A stretch of DNA of 64,000 nucleotides from an uncultured virus (IMG/VR IMGVR_UViG_3300043438_001628) (IMGVR_UViG_3300043438_001628); one strand, 5' to 3'; counted from the stretch's first letter, positions 6,911 to 17,753 are shown. Translations and numbers: made by a program. Notes: generated by a model not told the origin, from the sequence alone.

Positions 6911-8308
6911 TTATCTTGATATTTCTTCCCAATCTACTGAGCCGTGAACTAATTCACCAGAGCCACCAGCTGTACTTGCTGTCACAGATATAGTTAATTC
7001 ATATCTGTCACCAGTGAAACTGTTTCGTTCTAATTGAAACTTGAACAATGCTTCCTTTAGAATATCAATAGTTGTAGATGCTTGTGTATTTGAAGTGAAA
7101 TACCCACTCGCTAATATTCTACCACCGCTAATGCCAGTACCATTTAATTTATATTCTACAGCAGAATCAGCACCAGCACTTAACCAATTACCTCCTGATG
7201 TAGTCCCACCAGCAACAGCTTCCCATTTATAAACACCTGTACCTACCCCCATTAAAGAGATAGCTGTTAAAATAACAATAGCATCAGGTTTGTCAGCTCT
7301 CAATCTAATTGAAGCTACAGGATAAAATGTACCAGCAACAGGTAACAATTTTGGAGCTAGTATCGATGTACCAACTGCTTGTTGTAATCCTCTAAGTTCA
7401 TATCCACCCTCAGATATAACTGTTGAACAAACTTGCTTCATTTGACTTGGACTGCCTGTAGCTCCTATGTTTTCTATTTCATATCTAAGAGGTAACGATG
7501 CAGTAGTAATATAAGTTGTAGCAATTATATTAGCATGGTGGAAAAAGTGACAAGGTACAAATTGACCATTTATTACAAATCCAGTTCTAACTGTACCTAA
7601 TCCTAACCACTCAATATCCATAAAGAATATTTGTGCTTTTGTTTTGTCTAAGATTATACCAGAAGGTCCAGTTCCATCTAATTTATCAACATTCCAATCA
7701 GACTGTGCTGTTCTAGTTGATATCACTGATCCAGTTACTATGCTTCGCTCTACCATGTAGAGAGTGCTTCCATCTAGCTCTAGATAGATACCATTATCAT
7801 TTCCAAAGTATCCAACACGCTGTCTTAGATTTGTCTTAGGTTCATTGAATGTGAATGTATTTAAAACTTGAAGACTCTTACCAGGTTGATAAGAGAATAC
7901 CTTTGTTGTTTCTCTATAAACTCTTGAACCACTCAATCCATCAACATTTAAATTTACTAAACCTTGATTTGGACTAAAGACAGCAGATGCAGTTCCACTT
8001 GTTAATGTAGACCACAGACTGTTATCTTTATAACGATGAGAAGAATCGAACAATGTAAGAGGTGCAGACATTCGAGTGCGTCCAAATGCATCAGATGTCA
8101 TGTTCAAATTGCCAGTATAATTATCTGCTGTAGTATCAATGTTCTTAACAAGAACGGCGTATTTGGGATACTGTAATGTTCGAACAGCTCCATAAGTTGG
8201 ATCTGTTGTCGCTGAAGTTGGAGGGAAGCGAGTATCATTTACAATCTCTACAAATTTACCACTCTCCGTATTAGCTGCGTTTGTCCAAACTCTAGTGTCT
8301 ATAGGCAT
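6911..8308 (-). CDS. Probable virion-associated beta-rich protein
   Basis: 465 aa, Thr/Gly/Ser rich, TTAAATA promoter; function inferred only. Confidence 0.55.
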   Translation of the reverse strand: MPIDTRVWTNAANTESGKFVEIVNDTRFPPTSATTDPTYGAVRTLQYPKYAVLVKNIDTTADNYTGNLNMTSDAFGRTRMSAPLTLFDSSHRYKDNSLWSTLTSGTASAVFSPNQGLVNLNVDGLSGSRVYRETTKVFSYQPGKSLQVLNTFTFNEPKTNLRQRVGYFGNDNGIYLELDGSTLYMVERSIVTGSVISTRTAQSDWNVDKLDGTGPSGIILDKTKAQIFFMDIEWLGLGTVRTGFVINGQFVPCHFFHHANIIATTYITTASLPLRYEIENIGATGSPSQMKQVCSTVISEGGYELRGLQQAVGTSILAPKLLPVAGTFYPVASIRLRADKPDAIVILTAISLMGVGTGVYKWEAVAGGTTSGGNWLSAGADSAVEYKLNGTGISGGRILASGYFTSNTQASTTIDILKEALFKFQLERNSFTGDRYELTISVTASTAGGSGELVHGSVDWEEISR

Positions 8309-8376
8309 TTAATTATTTAACCAAACGCTGATGCGAACCTTGACATTTCCCAAAACTGTGGTTAAATAGTGGCGAT

Positions 8377-8772
8377 ATGAAGACTATTCTGACAACAGTT
8401 ATACTTCTACTATTAACCGCTGGTTGCACTGCTCAACCACAAACCGCACCGCACACCCGACATGAGAAAAAATATGTAATGGTGCAATCTGGAGAAGCAT
8501 CGTGGTATTCGACCAGATGCAATGGCGGCACGAGAACAGCGAGTGGTATCAGTTTGCGAGACCACGCTGCTACAGCGGCTCATAAAACTCTTCCATTCGG
8601 AACCCATGTCAAAGTGACAAATTCAAAAAATGGAAGAAGTGAAGTGGTTAAGATCACGGATCGTGGACCCTATAAGCGTGGTAGGGTTATAGATGTCACC
8701 GCTGGAGTTGCACATCGCTTGGGATTCAAATCTCAAGGTGTCGCGAAAGTTAAGCTTGAAGTATTAAAATAA
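8377..8772 (+). CDS. rlpA: RlpA-like lipoprotein (DPBB lytic transglycosylase)
   Basis: Lipobox TAGC; GEASWY, TASG, TAAHKTLPFG, ITDRGPY. Confidence 0.9.
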   Translation: MKTILTTVILLLLTAGCTAQPQTAPHTRHEKKYVMVQSGEASWYSTRCNGGTRTASGISLRDHAATAAHKTLPFGTHVKVTNSKNGRSEVVKITDRGPYKRGRVIDVTAGVAHRLGFKSQGVAKVKLEVLK

Positions 8773-8775
8773 ATT

Positions 8776-9540
8776 ATGATTGAAACAAAATTAGTAGATA
8801 GTATGGGATCTGATCTCTCTGTTGTAAACGCAGCAAGAGTATCATTTGATAAAGCATCAGACTGGGAATATGAGTATGTTGAAGATGTTGATCTAGATTT
8901 CAGAACCATAACAACTGCGAAAGTGCCTAAAAAATTAAAAGCGGGTGATGAAAAGCTTATAGCATTTCTTGCTAGAGAGAATCATTGGACACCATTCGGT
9001 CACGCTTCTATTTCTGTTCATGTAAAGGCTCCTATATTTGTAGCTCGACAACTTGGTAAGCATCAAGTCGGTCTTGTATGGAATGAAGTGTCTCGGCGTT
9101 ATGTTGATTCACCGCCAGAGTTCTATTATCCAGAAAATTGGAGAGCTAGAAATAAAGACAAGAAGCAAGGATCACATGAAGATCAGTTCGTAGAAAATAT
9201 TGAATGTAAAAATCTAATTTGTAGAGACATTAATGGAGACCTTTTTCCTAGTGAAAACATTACAACTCGTAACCTAGTTGAAAGAACAGTTGGAGGTTGT
9301 ATTGATACATATCGTCTATTGCTAGATGCTGGTGTGTGTCCTGAACAAGCTAGAATGATTTTGCCTCAGAATATGATGACAGAGTGGTACTGGAGCGGTT
9401 CTCTAATTGCATTTGCTAGAGTTTGTAATCTACGACTCAAGAAGGATACCCAAAAGGAGACACGCTTTGTAGCAGAGCAGATTGATGAAATTGCATCTAA
9501 GTTGTTTCCAGTCAGTTGGAAACATTTAAAGAAAGTATAA
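8776..9540 (+). CDS. thyX: Flavin-dependent thymidylate synthase
   Basis: VNAARVSF, HWTPF, APIFVARQLGKH, WNEVSRRY, PEQARMILP. Confidence 0.95.
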   Translation: MIETKLVDSMGSDLSVVNAARVSFDKASDWEYEYVEDVDLDFRTITTAKVPKKLKAGDEKLIAFLARENHWTPFGHASISVHVKAPIFVARQLGKHQVGLVWNEVSRRYVDSPPEFYYPENWRARNKDKKQGSHEDQFVENIECKNLICRDINGDLFPSENITTRNLVERTVGGCIDTYRLLLDAGVCPEQARMILPQNMMTEWYWSGSLIAFARVCNLRLKKDTQKETRFVAEQIDEIASKLFPVSWKHLKKV

Positions 9541-9549
9541 TTAAATATA

Positions 9550-10347
9550 TTGATGATATCATTTGAAGAATATTTTCATCCACAGTTTAAATCATTTCTT
9601 AAAGAAGGATTAATCAAAACATATCCAATCGACAATCTTTTAAGAGCTTTGAAACAAGTCGATTATGGAAATGATATGATTTCATTCAATATAATCCCAG
9701 TTACACATAGACAACATTCAGATACTAGATATATAAATGTTGAAATTTTTCATAGTGGTAACAAATCATTTGTGGAAGATTCTAAATTAGTTATTAAAAA
9801 GATTAAATCGATAGCGGAAACATATGGGTTCTTCATTGGAAGATTAAGAGCATTGGATGTGGATGAAGCAATTACTCAAAATGATGATGAAATAATGACA
9901 TATATTCTAACGATAGAACCAAAGTATCCCCACTCTAGTGATGAAACTAAAACTAATTTATATCACATTACATATGACAGATATATTGAAAAAGTAAATA
10001 AAATCGGCTTGACTCCAAAAATATCAAAAACTTCATTTTCTCATCCGGGGAATCGTATATATTTATTTAAAACTACAAGCGGAAAAGAACTAGAAAACTT
10101 AGCAAGTGCAATTGCCAGCAATAGAGTGATGAATATACCAGATAAAATTATTGCAAAAGGAATGAATGCAATCGACACTTACCAATATATAAATATGCGT
10201 GATAAAATGGTTTATTATAAAGTTGACTCGACAGGGCTTAAATTATATGAAGATCCAATGGTAAGCCCGACAGCAGAGTCATCCGCATTCTTCACAACTG
10301 ATAATATACCAGAAGATAAATTATTATTTCAGGGATATGTATTTTAA
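9550..10347 (+). CDS. Protein with C-terminal Tpt1/ADP-ribosyltransferase-like domain
   Basis: LYHIT...KIGLTPK...RIYL...DNIP; MISFEEYF N-terminus. Confidence 0.55.
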   Translation: MMISFEEYFHPQFKSFLKEGLIKTYPIDNLLRALKQVDYGNDMISFNIIPVTHRQHSDTRYINVEIFHSGNKSFVEDSKLVIKKIKSIAETYGFFIGRLRALDVDEAITQNDDEIMTYILTIEPKYPHSSDETKTNLYHITYDRYIEKVNKIGLTPKISKTSFSHPGNRIYLFKTTSGKELENLASAIASNRVMNIPDKIIAKGMNAIDTYQYINMRDKMVYYKVDSTGLKLYEDPMVSPTAESSAFFTTDNIPEDKLLFQGYVF

Positions 10348-10348
10348 T

Positions 10349-10588
10349 TTACTTATAATATAACTCACGCTCAAGTAGACGGAATCTCTTATCTGAATGC
10401 CAAACTTCATTGGTCTCAGGTGTGTAGATTCCGTCTTTTGTTTGAACAGCTTTACCTTCTTCCAGATAGAGAATAGAAGGTTGATATATGTTCAATACTT
10501 CGTTTTTCTTCCAAGAGTTCTGCTCGCAGGAGGTCAGCCCTGTCATTGCTGCTATTAGTACCAGCAGCGCGTAATTTTTCAATTTCAT
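10349..10588 (-). CDS. o-spanin-like lipoprotein
   Basis: Signal peptide with lipobox LTSC; overlaps the upstream ORF in another frame. Confidence 0.7.
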   Translation of the reverse strand: MKLKNYALLVLIAAMTGLTSCEQNSWKKNEVLNIYQPSILYLEEGKAVQTKDGIYTPETNEVWHSDKRFRLLERELYYK

Positions 10589-10712
10589 TGATTAATTCTT
10601 TTTGTCTTGTTCTAGATTTTTGCATTATGTCATAATAAAACGCCTTACTCTTTAACTCTAAGAAAGCAGTTAAAGCTAGTAAGGCGCTTTTGATTAGACC
10701 TATAATGTCCAT
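10452..10712 (-). CDS. i-spanin-like protein
   Basis: N-terminal hydrophobic helix plus coiled coil; Rz/Rz1-like overlap. Confidence 0.65.
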   Translation of the reverse strand: MDIIGLIKSALLALTAFLELKSKAFYYDIMQKSRTRQKELINEIEKLRAAGTNSSNDRADLLRAELLEEKRSIEHISTFYSLSGRR

Positions 10713-10900
10713 TACTTACCTTTATCTTTTGCCTTGCCAATGTTCAGTGCAAGGAAATCAATAACGGCATATACCTTAGCCCATACAGAACCTGCTTTGG
10801 GAGTTGGGGTAACAGCAGCAACAGCGGATGCTAAAGCGATGACCGCTGTAACAACACCGAAGTATTGATTGCTTTGGATTAATTGAATTAGTGTTTCCAT
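10712..10900 (-). CDS. Putative holin
   Basis: 62 aa, hydrophobic helices, basic C-terminus, next to spanins and endolysin. Confidence 0.6.
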   Translation of the reverse strand: METLIQLIQSNQYFGVVTAVIALASAVAAVTPTPKAGSVWAKVYAVIDFLALNIGKAKDKGK

Positions 10901-10934
10901 AACATATATATTTAACCCGTGATTAAATAAAAGT

Positions 10935-11696
10935 ATGGAATTTCCAGAAAAGAAAAGCTTGGTGAGATTAGTTCAAAGACATTTAAATCTTAAAGATGAT
11001 GGTGTTGATGGTCCAAATACATGGAATGCAATTTTGAAAAAGTTAAACTTGTCTGTCGAGGAGCCTGTGAATAAACAAGAAACTCCAGCGATTGGGTTAT
11101 CCGAAAAAGCATATAACTTAATTTTGAAACATGAAGTTGGAGGCGGATCTTCTTATTACAATAAAGCTTTGAAAAATCCAACATATCCCGGTGGCGCATC
11201 TGGTGTCACAATAGGTATCGGATATGATTTGGGATACAATACAAAATCCCAATTTGCTTCTGATTGGAAGCACCTATTGTCACCAACGGTGTTTAGCAGA
11301 CTTGAATCTTGCGTTGGAATCAAAGGGGAATACGCAAAGCAATTGGTTAGAAATGTCAGAGACATTGAAGTTTCATGGGATGCTGCATCTGATGTGTTTA
11401 AGAAAAGCACATTACCAAGATTCATATCTGAAACCTTGAAAGCATTTCCCGGAGCTGATAAACTTCACCCTGACGCATTTGGTGCATTGGTATCCATTGT
11501 TTTTAATAGAGGAGCTTCTGTTACAGGCAACAGCAGACGAGAGATGTTGAATATAAGAAATCTAATATCCAGTAAGAATTACAATGCCATCGCAAATGAA
11601 ATAAGAAGCATGAAGCGTTTGTGGGTTGGTAAAGGACTGGATGGTTTATTAAAAAGACGCGACGAAGAAGCCCAAATGGTTGACTCTTGTGGATGA
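10935..11696 (+). CDS. Endolysin (PG-binding domain plus pesticin/lysozyme-like domain)
   Basis: DGVDGPNT; HEVG...PGGASGVTIGIGYDLG; ALVSIVFNRG; GLLKRRDEEA. Confidence 0.85.
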   Translation: MEFPEKKSLVRLVQRHLNLKDDGVDGPNTWNAILKKLNLSVEEPVNKQETPAIGLSEKAYNLILKHEVGGGSSYYNKALKNPTYPGGASGVTIGIGYDLGYNTKSQFASDWKHLLSPTVFSRLESCVGIKGEYAKQLVRNVRDIEVSWDAASDVFKKSTLPRFISETLKAFPGADKLHPDAFGALVSIVFNRGASVTGNSRREMLNIRNLISSKNYNAIANEIRSMKRLWVGKGLDGLLKRRDEEAQMVDSCG

Positions 11697-11715
11697 TCTA
11701 TTAAATATTTCTGCT

Positions 11716-11913
11716 ATGATTAAACGTATTAATGACAATACCGTTAAGCTTTGCTGCAACGGAAAAGGATGCCCCACAGTAACAGATCTAGGAAACGGAC
11801 TGGTTGAAATTATCGATGATGATGGAAACAAGATCACCGTGAAAAGAGAAGAAGCTGCTCTTATTTCAGATGGTGTGAAAACCCTGACTGAAGATAAGTT
11901 GATTCTTGGATGA
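11716..11913 (+). CDS. Small Cys-containing hypothetical protein
   Basis: MIKRIN...CCNGKGCP; start chosen from the TTAAATA at 11701. Confidence 0.6.
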   Translation: MIKRINDNTVKLCCNGKGCPTVTDLGNGLVEIIDDDGNKITVKREEAALISDGVKTLTEDKLILG

Positions 11914-12179
11914 ATTTAGTATATGACACTGTGGTAACTTTAGGGATATGCTTCATATTAAAATATGGGGCTATCCTCAATTTTATTAGAAATCCTTTAA
12001 AGCGTATAAAATTCTTCAATGAATTGTTTTCATGCGCATTATGTATGGGATTTTGGATAGGATTGATATACAGTGGCTTATCGCAACATCATATCACATT
12101 TTCATTCTATACAGCTGCCACATGTTGGGTGGCTGATTATGGCATACAAATTATTCAAAAACATCTATATCCAGATTGA
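11910..12179 (+). CDS. Membrane protein with CxxCxGFW motif (DUF1360-like)
   Basis: CALCMGFWIG and hydrophobic segments. Confidence 0.6.
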   Translation: MNLVYDTVVTLGICFILKYGAILNFIRNPLKRIKFFNELFSCALCMGFWIGLIYSGLSQHHITFSFYTAATCWVADYGIQIIQKHLYPD

Positions 12180-12246
12180 TTTTTTAAATAATTTTATTAA
12201 ATAATGTTTTTTATTTTATGTTATCTTAACATTAAATAATACTATA

Positions 12247-12564
12247 ATGGAACCGGATAAAACTTTAATTAAAGACTTCTTGGAGGGGGGTTGGATCATC
12301 ATGATGATCGGGGGATCTGCAATGTTAGCTAGGCTTCTTGCGTCCAATACCGCAATAACAATCATTGAGCATTTCAAGAAGATCATAAGCGCAGCTATCG
12401 CTTCAGGTATAGCTTGGTTTATATTAAAGGATGTTCAGGGATGGGATCTTTACAAAGCAATTGCGTATGGCGTCGTTGGTGTTATATCCCCTGAGATTAT
12501 TGACGGTATCATAAAGCTTGGCAAGAAGTTTGCCAAGAATCCAGAGAAGATAATTAAGAGGTAA
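12247..12564 (+). CDS. Holin-like membrane protein
   Basis: Three hydrophobic helices, basic C-terminus, late promoter. Confidence 0.5.
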   Translation: MEPDKTLIKDFLEGGWIIMMIGGSAMLARLLASNTAITIIEHFKKIISAAIASGIAWFILKDVQGWDLYKAIAYGVVGVISPEIIDGIIKLGKKFAKNPEKIIKR

Positions 12565-12795
12565 TTATTTTTCCATTTTCGCGAGACGATCATAATAATC
12601 CAACATCTCATCGATGTGATGGGAAGCGATGCGACGAGCTGTAGCTTTATCTGTAGTGTGTTCCATTTCAACTTTGGTTCCCTTATCAATCGCTTTCTTG
12701 ATACGGGATTCTGAAACATTGTGTTTTTTCATCAACTGTTCGACGCTTATCTCGGGTTTCATTCCTTCGAAAAAGTAACTATAGAATGGTTTCAT
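12565..12795 (-). CDS. DUF5661-like protein
   Basis: GTKVEMEHT...IASHHIDE..DYY.RL..ME. Confidence 0.65.
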   Translation of the reverse strand: MKPFYSYFFEGMKPEISVEQLMKKHNVSESRIKKAIDKGTKVEMEHTTDKATARRIASHHIDEMLDYYDRLAKMEK

Positions 12796-12814
12796 TTTTA
12801 TTATTTAACGATGC

Positions 12815-13669
12815 TCAATCGTAGTTATAGAATTCAACAACATCCTTCCCAGTTTGAATAATATTACTCTCTTCTGCTTTATCCAGCCTTGAGTATAAGA
12901 TCTCCGCAGTGAGAGGATTCTTTGTGAATCTATAAATGCCCACTATTCTAGGATTCCCTGTGACTCCAATCGTTTTCGTAATGCGAATACTGTCCAAATC
13001 AAAATCAGTGACTTTGTTTTTAAATTTCAATTTTAATTTTGTTATTTTGTCAAATGTATCCCTGAACCACGATTCTGTGTTTGGCTTGTTGTAATGTTCT
13101 AGAAACTGTCTAACTTTTTCTGGATCAACGGACGGGTTTCTATCAATTCCCCTGAAGAATAAACCATAAGCGTTGGCAATCAATATATTCTTTAACGCTT
13201 CGCGTTGATGTGTGTTCATGTGAAACTTGGCTTTAATAGCCTTTAAAAAATCTACGATAAAGCTTCGCATCTCTGGAAACATAGAGAATCCGCTTTCTAC
13301 AAATTCATCTAGTTTCGAAGCAACTACATCCTCCTTAATATACGGCAAAGCGTTTATGATATTATCCTCGTCCATGAATAATTGAGTGAATCCTCTGGAC
13401 TCAATGACAATTACTCCAATATCATTTAAATCGACGACCCCCCAATCATCAGCTGTCATCATTAGCTGTTTTAAATTTCTACCCATGTAGTTTCCGAAAT
13501 ATGATTTTTTAGAATGGGTGCCTGCATCATATTCATCTTCGAAGTTTGATAACTTATTCGGTATCAAACCTTGTGACAAAATGGTTTTTAAATTTTTACC
13601 ATCTGTTACATGATAAAATAATTCACGCTGCTTTGATCCCTCTTCAAAATATTCTAAGAAACTTAACAT
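12815..13669 (-). CDS. Protein with N-terminal ART/Tpt1-like motif
   Basis: FYHVTDGKNLKTILSQGLIP; MLSFLEYFEE N-terminus. Confidence 0.55.
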   Translation of the reverse strand: MLSFLEYFEEGSKQRELFYHVTDGKNLKTILSQGLIPNKLSNFEDEYDAGTHSKKSYFGNYMGRNLKQLMMTADDWGVVDLNDIGVIVIESRGFTQLFMDEDNIINALPYIKEDVVASKLDEFVESGFSMFPEMRSFIVDFLKAIKAKFHMNTHQREALKNILIANAYGLFFRGIDRNPSVDPEKVRQFLEHYNKPNTESWFRDTFDKITKLKLKFKNKVTDFDLDSIRITKTIGVTGNPRIVGIYRFTKNPLTAEILYSRLDKAEESNIIQTGKDVVEFYNYD

Positions 13670-13678
13670 TTTATTTAT

Positions 13679-14203
13679 TTAATTTACTCTGGTTAATATA
13701 AACTGACTCTCTCCATCTCCCATATCCTTGAACAGTTCGTCTAACTCAAAGTTCTCAATCATCGGAACCAATCTTTTTTTGTAAAGCTTTGTTCTGTTTG
13801 CTCCTTTAGATGTGAATGTCAGTAATCGGATTTCGCGGTTTTCATCAAACTCTATAAATTGATTTATAATGTTGATCACAGTTGCCAACACTCTAAACGC
13901 ATCACCTCCCTTTGTCAATTCAATATCCAGCTTTGTTTCTCCTCTGATTCCCTTTCCTGATTCGACGCCGAACGCTATTTCCCAAACGCTATCGTCGTAT
14001 CTACTTTGTCTGGCATACCACAGATACGGCACTCCTGCATCCGTTTTGAATTGTATAATTTGCACAGGAGTCAACACTTCATCCATGTAGGTTTCTCCTG
14101 TATCATCATCTTCCTTCTCAATAGTTTCGGTGGAAAAGGTGTTTTTATATCTATAAGGATTATCAAAACTCTCGTTGAGGAAATAAGATTTAAAAGACCG
14201 CAT
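13679..14203 (-). CDS. Hypothetical protein, putative head-packaged
   Basis: 174 aa, MRSFKSYFLNE N-terminus, late promoter. Confidence 0.65.
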   Translation of the reverse strand: MRSFKSYFLNESFDNPYRYKNTFSTETIEKEDDDTGETYMDEVLTPVQIIQFKTDAGVPYLWYARQSRYDDSVWEIAFGVESGKGIRGETKLDIELTKGGDAFRVLATVINIINQFIEFDENREIRLLTFTSKGANRTKLYKKRLVPMIENFELDELFKDMGDGESQFILTRVN

Positions 14204-14243
14204 ACGGGTATTTAATTACATCCATTGATTGTTAAATACATAA

Positions 14244-15959
14244 ATGCGTACCTTTTCGGAATATTATAATTTCTACATTTTAAAAAAAGAAAAGTTAAGT
14301 GATATACTTGTTGAAAATGCTAAGAGCAGAATGGCTCGTTATAAACTGATGTTCTCTAAGTTTTTGAAAGAACATGATCAATATGAAAAGAATATTGATC
14401 GAGTAGTACAAAAATGTGTCGCAACATTAAAAAAAGATAATGTTATAGTGTTTGTCTTAAAAACTCTGAGGGAGTCTATGATAAAATTTGAAAGTACGGG
14501 AGAGGATGCCACTTCGGCAATTGTCAAAGTGAATTATTTCATAGATTTATTAGAGCATTATCTATCCCTGTCAATACCAGAAATACAGAACTATAAATAC
14601 GACAACAAAACCCGCAGCGAAGTACTTCAAGATTTCAAAACATTCGAAGATGAGTGGAAGAAGAGCAGAGTGGAATGGATTGATATAACTGATGAGTTGA
14701 AGGAAGGAACCATCACTCCAATTATAAACTATAAAAATGGATATGCGTGGTTTGATTTAAGCAGACCGTATTGTAAAATGGAGGGAGATGCGATGGGCCA
14801 TTGCGGGAACTCAGCGTCTTTCTTTAAAGACGACACTGTACTTTCATATAGAGCTGTTAAAAAGTCAGCGGGTACAACGATGGCTAGACCATCCCTCACA
14901 TTTATTTTAAACTCTGATGGTTATTTAGGGGAAATGAAAGGGCGAGCAAATGAAAAACCTAGAGAAAAATATCACGACGCTATCGTGGATCTATTACTTC
15001 AAAAAGTGAATACATCGTCAAGAGATGAAAATAAAAAAGAATTTTTCATAAAGGGTATTCGTGGAGGAGGATACCTACCAGAAAGTAATTTTAGTATAAA
15101 TGACTTAAATGAAACTTTAAAAAATAAATTATTTTCTCAAAGACCTGAACTCAAGCCATTCTTAGAAAGGATGGCAACAGATGATAATGTGCCGTCAACT
15201 GCGGATATAATTAATGAATTGTCGAGTGTGACCGGAATTTCAAATGATAAAATAGTTATACCAGTCCCATATACAAAACAATTCACAAAACCAAATTCTA
15301 ATTTTGCAAACATTTTAATGTGGGATAATTGGGATGATTTACTTGATGACACATATCTTGATATTCCTAAAAACTTGGAAAATTACAAAGTATATGTCGA
15401 ACGCGGCGATTATCCACAGGATTCTCGTTCTGTTGATAAAGAACAAGTGATGGAGTTTTTAGAAACTGTAATGTCTAGGAACAGCGTGGTCAAAGCCCGA
15501 ATAATGAATGCGATCAACGGTTGGCTCAATGACTATCCTGAAATGTCGGAGGAAGGCATTAATATAAATCCGAATGATATAGAGGGAGTGTATAATCTTT
15601 TAAAAATCAATGATCGTGATGTTATTGATCTGGCGAAGGATTCCATAGCAGATGGTGAGGGGGCCGCAATACACAATCAAATTCTAACAGCATTCAAAAA
15701 CGGTATACAAAACTTAAAATTCAGTTCTTCTGATGGGGTATCGTTCGGAGTGAGATTCCTAGATGGAGATAGTTGGATGGATTCTCCGTTATACGCAACA
15801 TTCACCTTTGAAAATGTCGCTAAGATAATGGATAGTAAAACAGATCCGTTTGATCCATATGACCTTGACGATGGCGATATGCAAATTCCTTATTACGGCT
15901 TCGATGGTTATGATGAAGATTATGCGATTTCCAGTTTCGTGGATCAATTAGATATATAA
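14244..15959 (+). CDS. Large hypothetical protein with PcfJ-like motif
   Basis: EGDAMGHC...EMKGRAN; 571 aa; late promoter. Confidence 0.6.
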   Translation: MRTFSEYYNFYILKKEKLSDILVENAKSRMARYKLMFSKFLKEHDQYEKNIDRVVQKCVATLKKDNVIVFVLKTLRESMIKFESTGEDATSAIVKVNYFIDLLEHYLSLSIPEIQNYKYDNKTRSEVLQDFKTFEDEWKKSRVEWIDITDELKEGTITPIINYKNGYAWFDLSRPYCKMEGDAMGHCGNSASFFKDDTVLSYRAVKKSAGTTMARPSLTFILNSDGYLGEMKGRANEKPREKYHDAIVDLLLQKVNTSSRDENKKEFFIKGIRGGGYLPESNFSINDLNETLKNKLFSQRPELKPFLERMATDDNVPSTADIINELSSVTGISNDKIVIPVPYTKQFTKPNSNFANILMWDNWDDLLDDTYLDIPKNLENYKVYVERGDYPQDSRSVDKEQVMEFLETVMSRNSVVKARIMNAINGWLNDYPEMSEEGININPNDIEGVYNLLKINDRDVIDLAKDSIADGEGAAIHNQILTAFKNGIQNLKFSSSDGVSFGVRFLDGDSWMDSPLYATFTFENVAKIMDSKTDPFDPYDLDDGDMQIPYYGFDGYDEDYAISSFVDQLDI

Positions 15960-17717
15960 CCCAATCACTTTACACAAATCATCAAACGATGCTACTTTTT
16001 CATGTAGACTCAACTCCAATTGATCTCCAGATTCCTTTCGGGTTTTTATAGATAGAATTGGTAATTTGATGTCTTCCGGTATGTTGTAAGACCCTGTTTC
16101 TTCTTTATTTTTCATAAATGGATAAACATACTTGCTTATAAATTTTTGAATTTGATCTATGTAAAATTCAAAATGCTCGTCAAAGTTTTTCACCATTTTC
16201 AATTCTCGCATGTAATCAAATTGATTTCGTTCATCACCCATATCATGATATGGGTATTCATACTGAAATGTTATATTGTTGCGATCTAACAAGACATCCA
16301 ATCCGTTATCCAACAGTGGCTTTAAAAAATGCGCAAGCAGCACATATGGATGTTCACTTCTTTTGAATTTTTCAATATAGCTGGACTTTACTCTACGAAC
16401 ATTCGCCTCTTCCCGTATTGGGAAATCTATAGATACAATTCGGTGGAAAGTTGACGCTTCGTTCATATCACGTTCCAAGTTTTTAAATTTCAGATCATCC
16501 AAATCAATTTTATCTGAAAACTTTTTAAAAGCTGTTGGAAGATATCCATATTTCAACATAACTTCTTTAAATTTTTCATCAAATGATTCGCTGTCATATT
16601 TGCGTTCGAATGAGCTTATATCACCTATGAGATCGTTGACGGCTTCAAATGGTTCTCTTATATCTGAAGTTATACGAACTTTAATTCCATCCAGAGCTTC
16701 GCTTATCGGGTCGCTATAATAAAACTCGTTCGGATACAGATAAAAACTATCCAACACCTTCGCAATTTTTTCCAAGAATGCTCTATCACCAATGTAATCT
16801 TCATACATTGAAAGATCATAGGATATAAATCCATCTGCTGCTGCTTCAAAATATTCTAAGCCATTATATGTGAAGTCTTTTTCAATGGTGAAGATTTCAA
16901 ATTCTTTGTTTGCCTCATCGATCATAGACTCTAATTCTCCTATGATCTTATCAGCTATTCTTCCATCATGACCTTCCCCAACCTCTTTCATGTAATAATT
17001 GATGGCTTCTGAATCAAAATCTTGATTTAATATATAATCAGTGATTTGCTCGCTTTGCATCAAGTCTATTTCATCTGATGATAATGATCTGGTTCTATCG
17101 TTGACATCACGGCATTGACCAGATCCCAGACTCATTAAGGTGTGTGGTTTGTCATTTAATGTAAAATAAAAATAAGGAGGTTCTTGACTCTCAAAGAATT
17201 TTGGATCTTTAACACACCAACCGGTACTTCTAAAATGTTTGGCAGCAGCTTCTTCAGATGTGACTATATATAAACTATAACCAACTCCTTCTTCTCCTTC
17301 TGAAGATTCGATGAAATCGATGCCTTGTTCTCTGGCTCTTTTTTTAAGTTCTCCCTTGGTTGTTAAATTCCCAAACTGATCCACGGTGGCTGACAAATCA
17401 TCATATGATTTATATGTATTAACATCACGCTTCTCTTTTGGAAAGTTTGGTTTTTGTTTAAGTCTATCAAAAACCAGCAGTGTAGTTTTAATTTCCTCTC
17501 CATCATCTCCCAATTTGTTTTGCTTGAGCATCCGCAGAATCCAAGATATATACGCTGAATTTGGTGTTGGGTCGAATGTTTCGGCTGCCCAACGAATGTA
17601 CTCTTCTTTATTTTCAACATCATTGGAAACCAGATTCAACAATTTGGGTATTTTTTCTTCGATACCTTCCTCCAATAAATTGAAATATATATTGGATATA
17701 TCATTAATGTAATTCAT
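15948..17717 (-). CDS. Large acidic hypothetical protein
   Basis: 589-aa ORF, STGWCV motif, late promoter. Confidence 0.65.
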   Translation of the reverse strand: MNYINDISNIYFNLLEEGIEEKIPKLLNLVSNDVENKEEYIRWAAETFDPTPNSAYISWILRMLKQNKLGDDGEEIKTTLLVFDRLKQKPNFPKEKRDVNTYKSYDDLSATVDQFGNLTTKGELKKRAREQGIDFIESSEGEEGVGYSLYIVTSEEAAAKHFRSTGWCVKDPKFFESQEPPYFYFTLNDKPHTLMSLGSGQCRDVNDRTRSLSSDEIDLMQSEQITDYILNQDFDSEAINYYMKEVGEGHDGRIADKIIGELESMIDEANKEFEIFTIEKDFTYNGLEYFEAAADGFISYDLSMYEDYIGDRAFLEKIAKVLDSFYLYPNEFYYSDPISEALDGIKVRITSDIREPFEAVNDLIGDISSFERKYDSESFDEKFKEVMLKYGYLPTAFKKFSDKIDLDDLKFKNLERDMNEASTFHRIVSIDFPIREEANVRRVKSSYIEKFKRSEHPYVLLAHFLKPLLDNGLDVLLDRNNITFQYEYPYHDMGDERNQFDYMRELKMVKNFDEHFEFYIDQIQKFISKYVYPFMKNKEETGSYNIPEDIKLPILSIKTRKESGDQLELSLHEKVASFDDLCKVIGLYI

Positions 17718-17753
17718 GTTTATATTTAATTATTAAATCCCCGCAGTCCGCTT

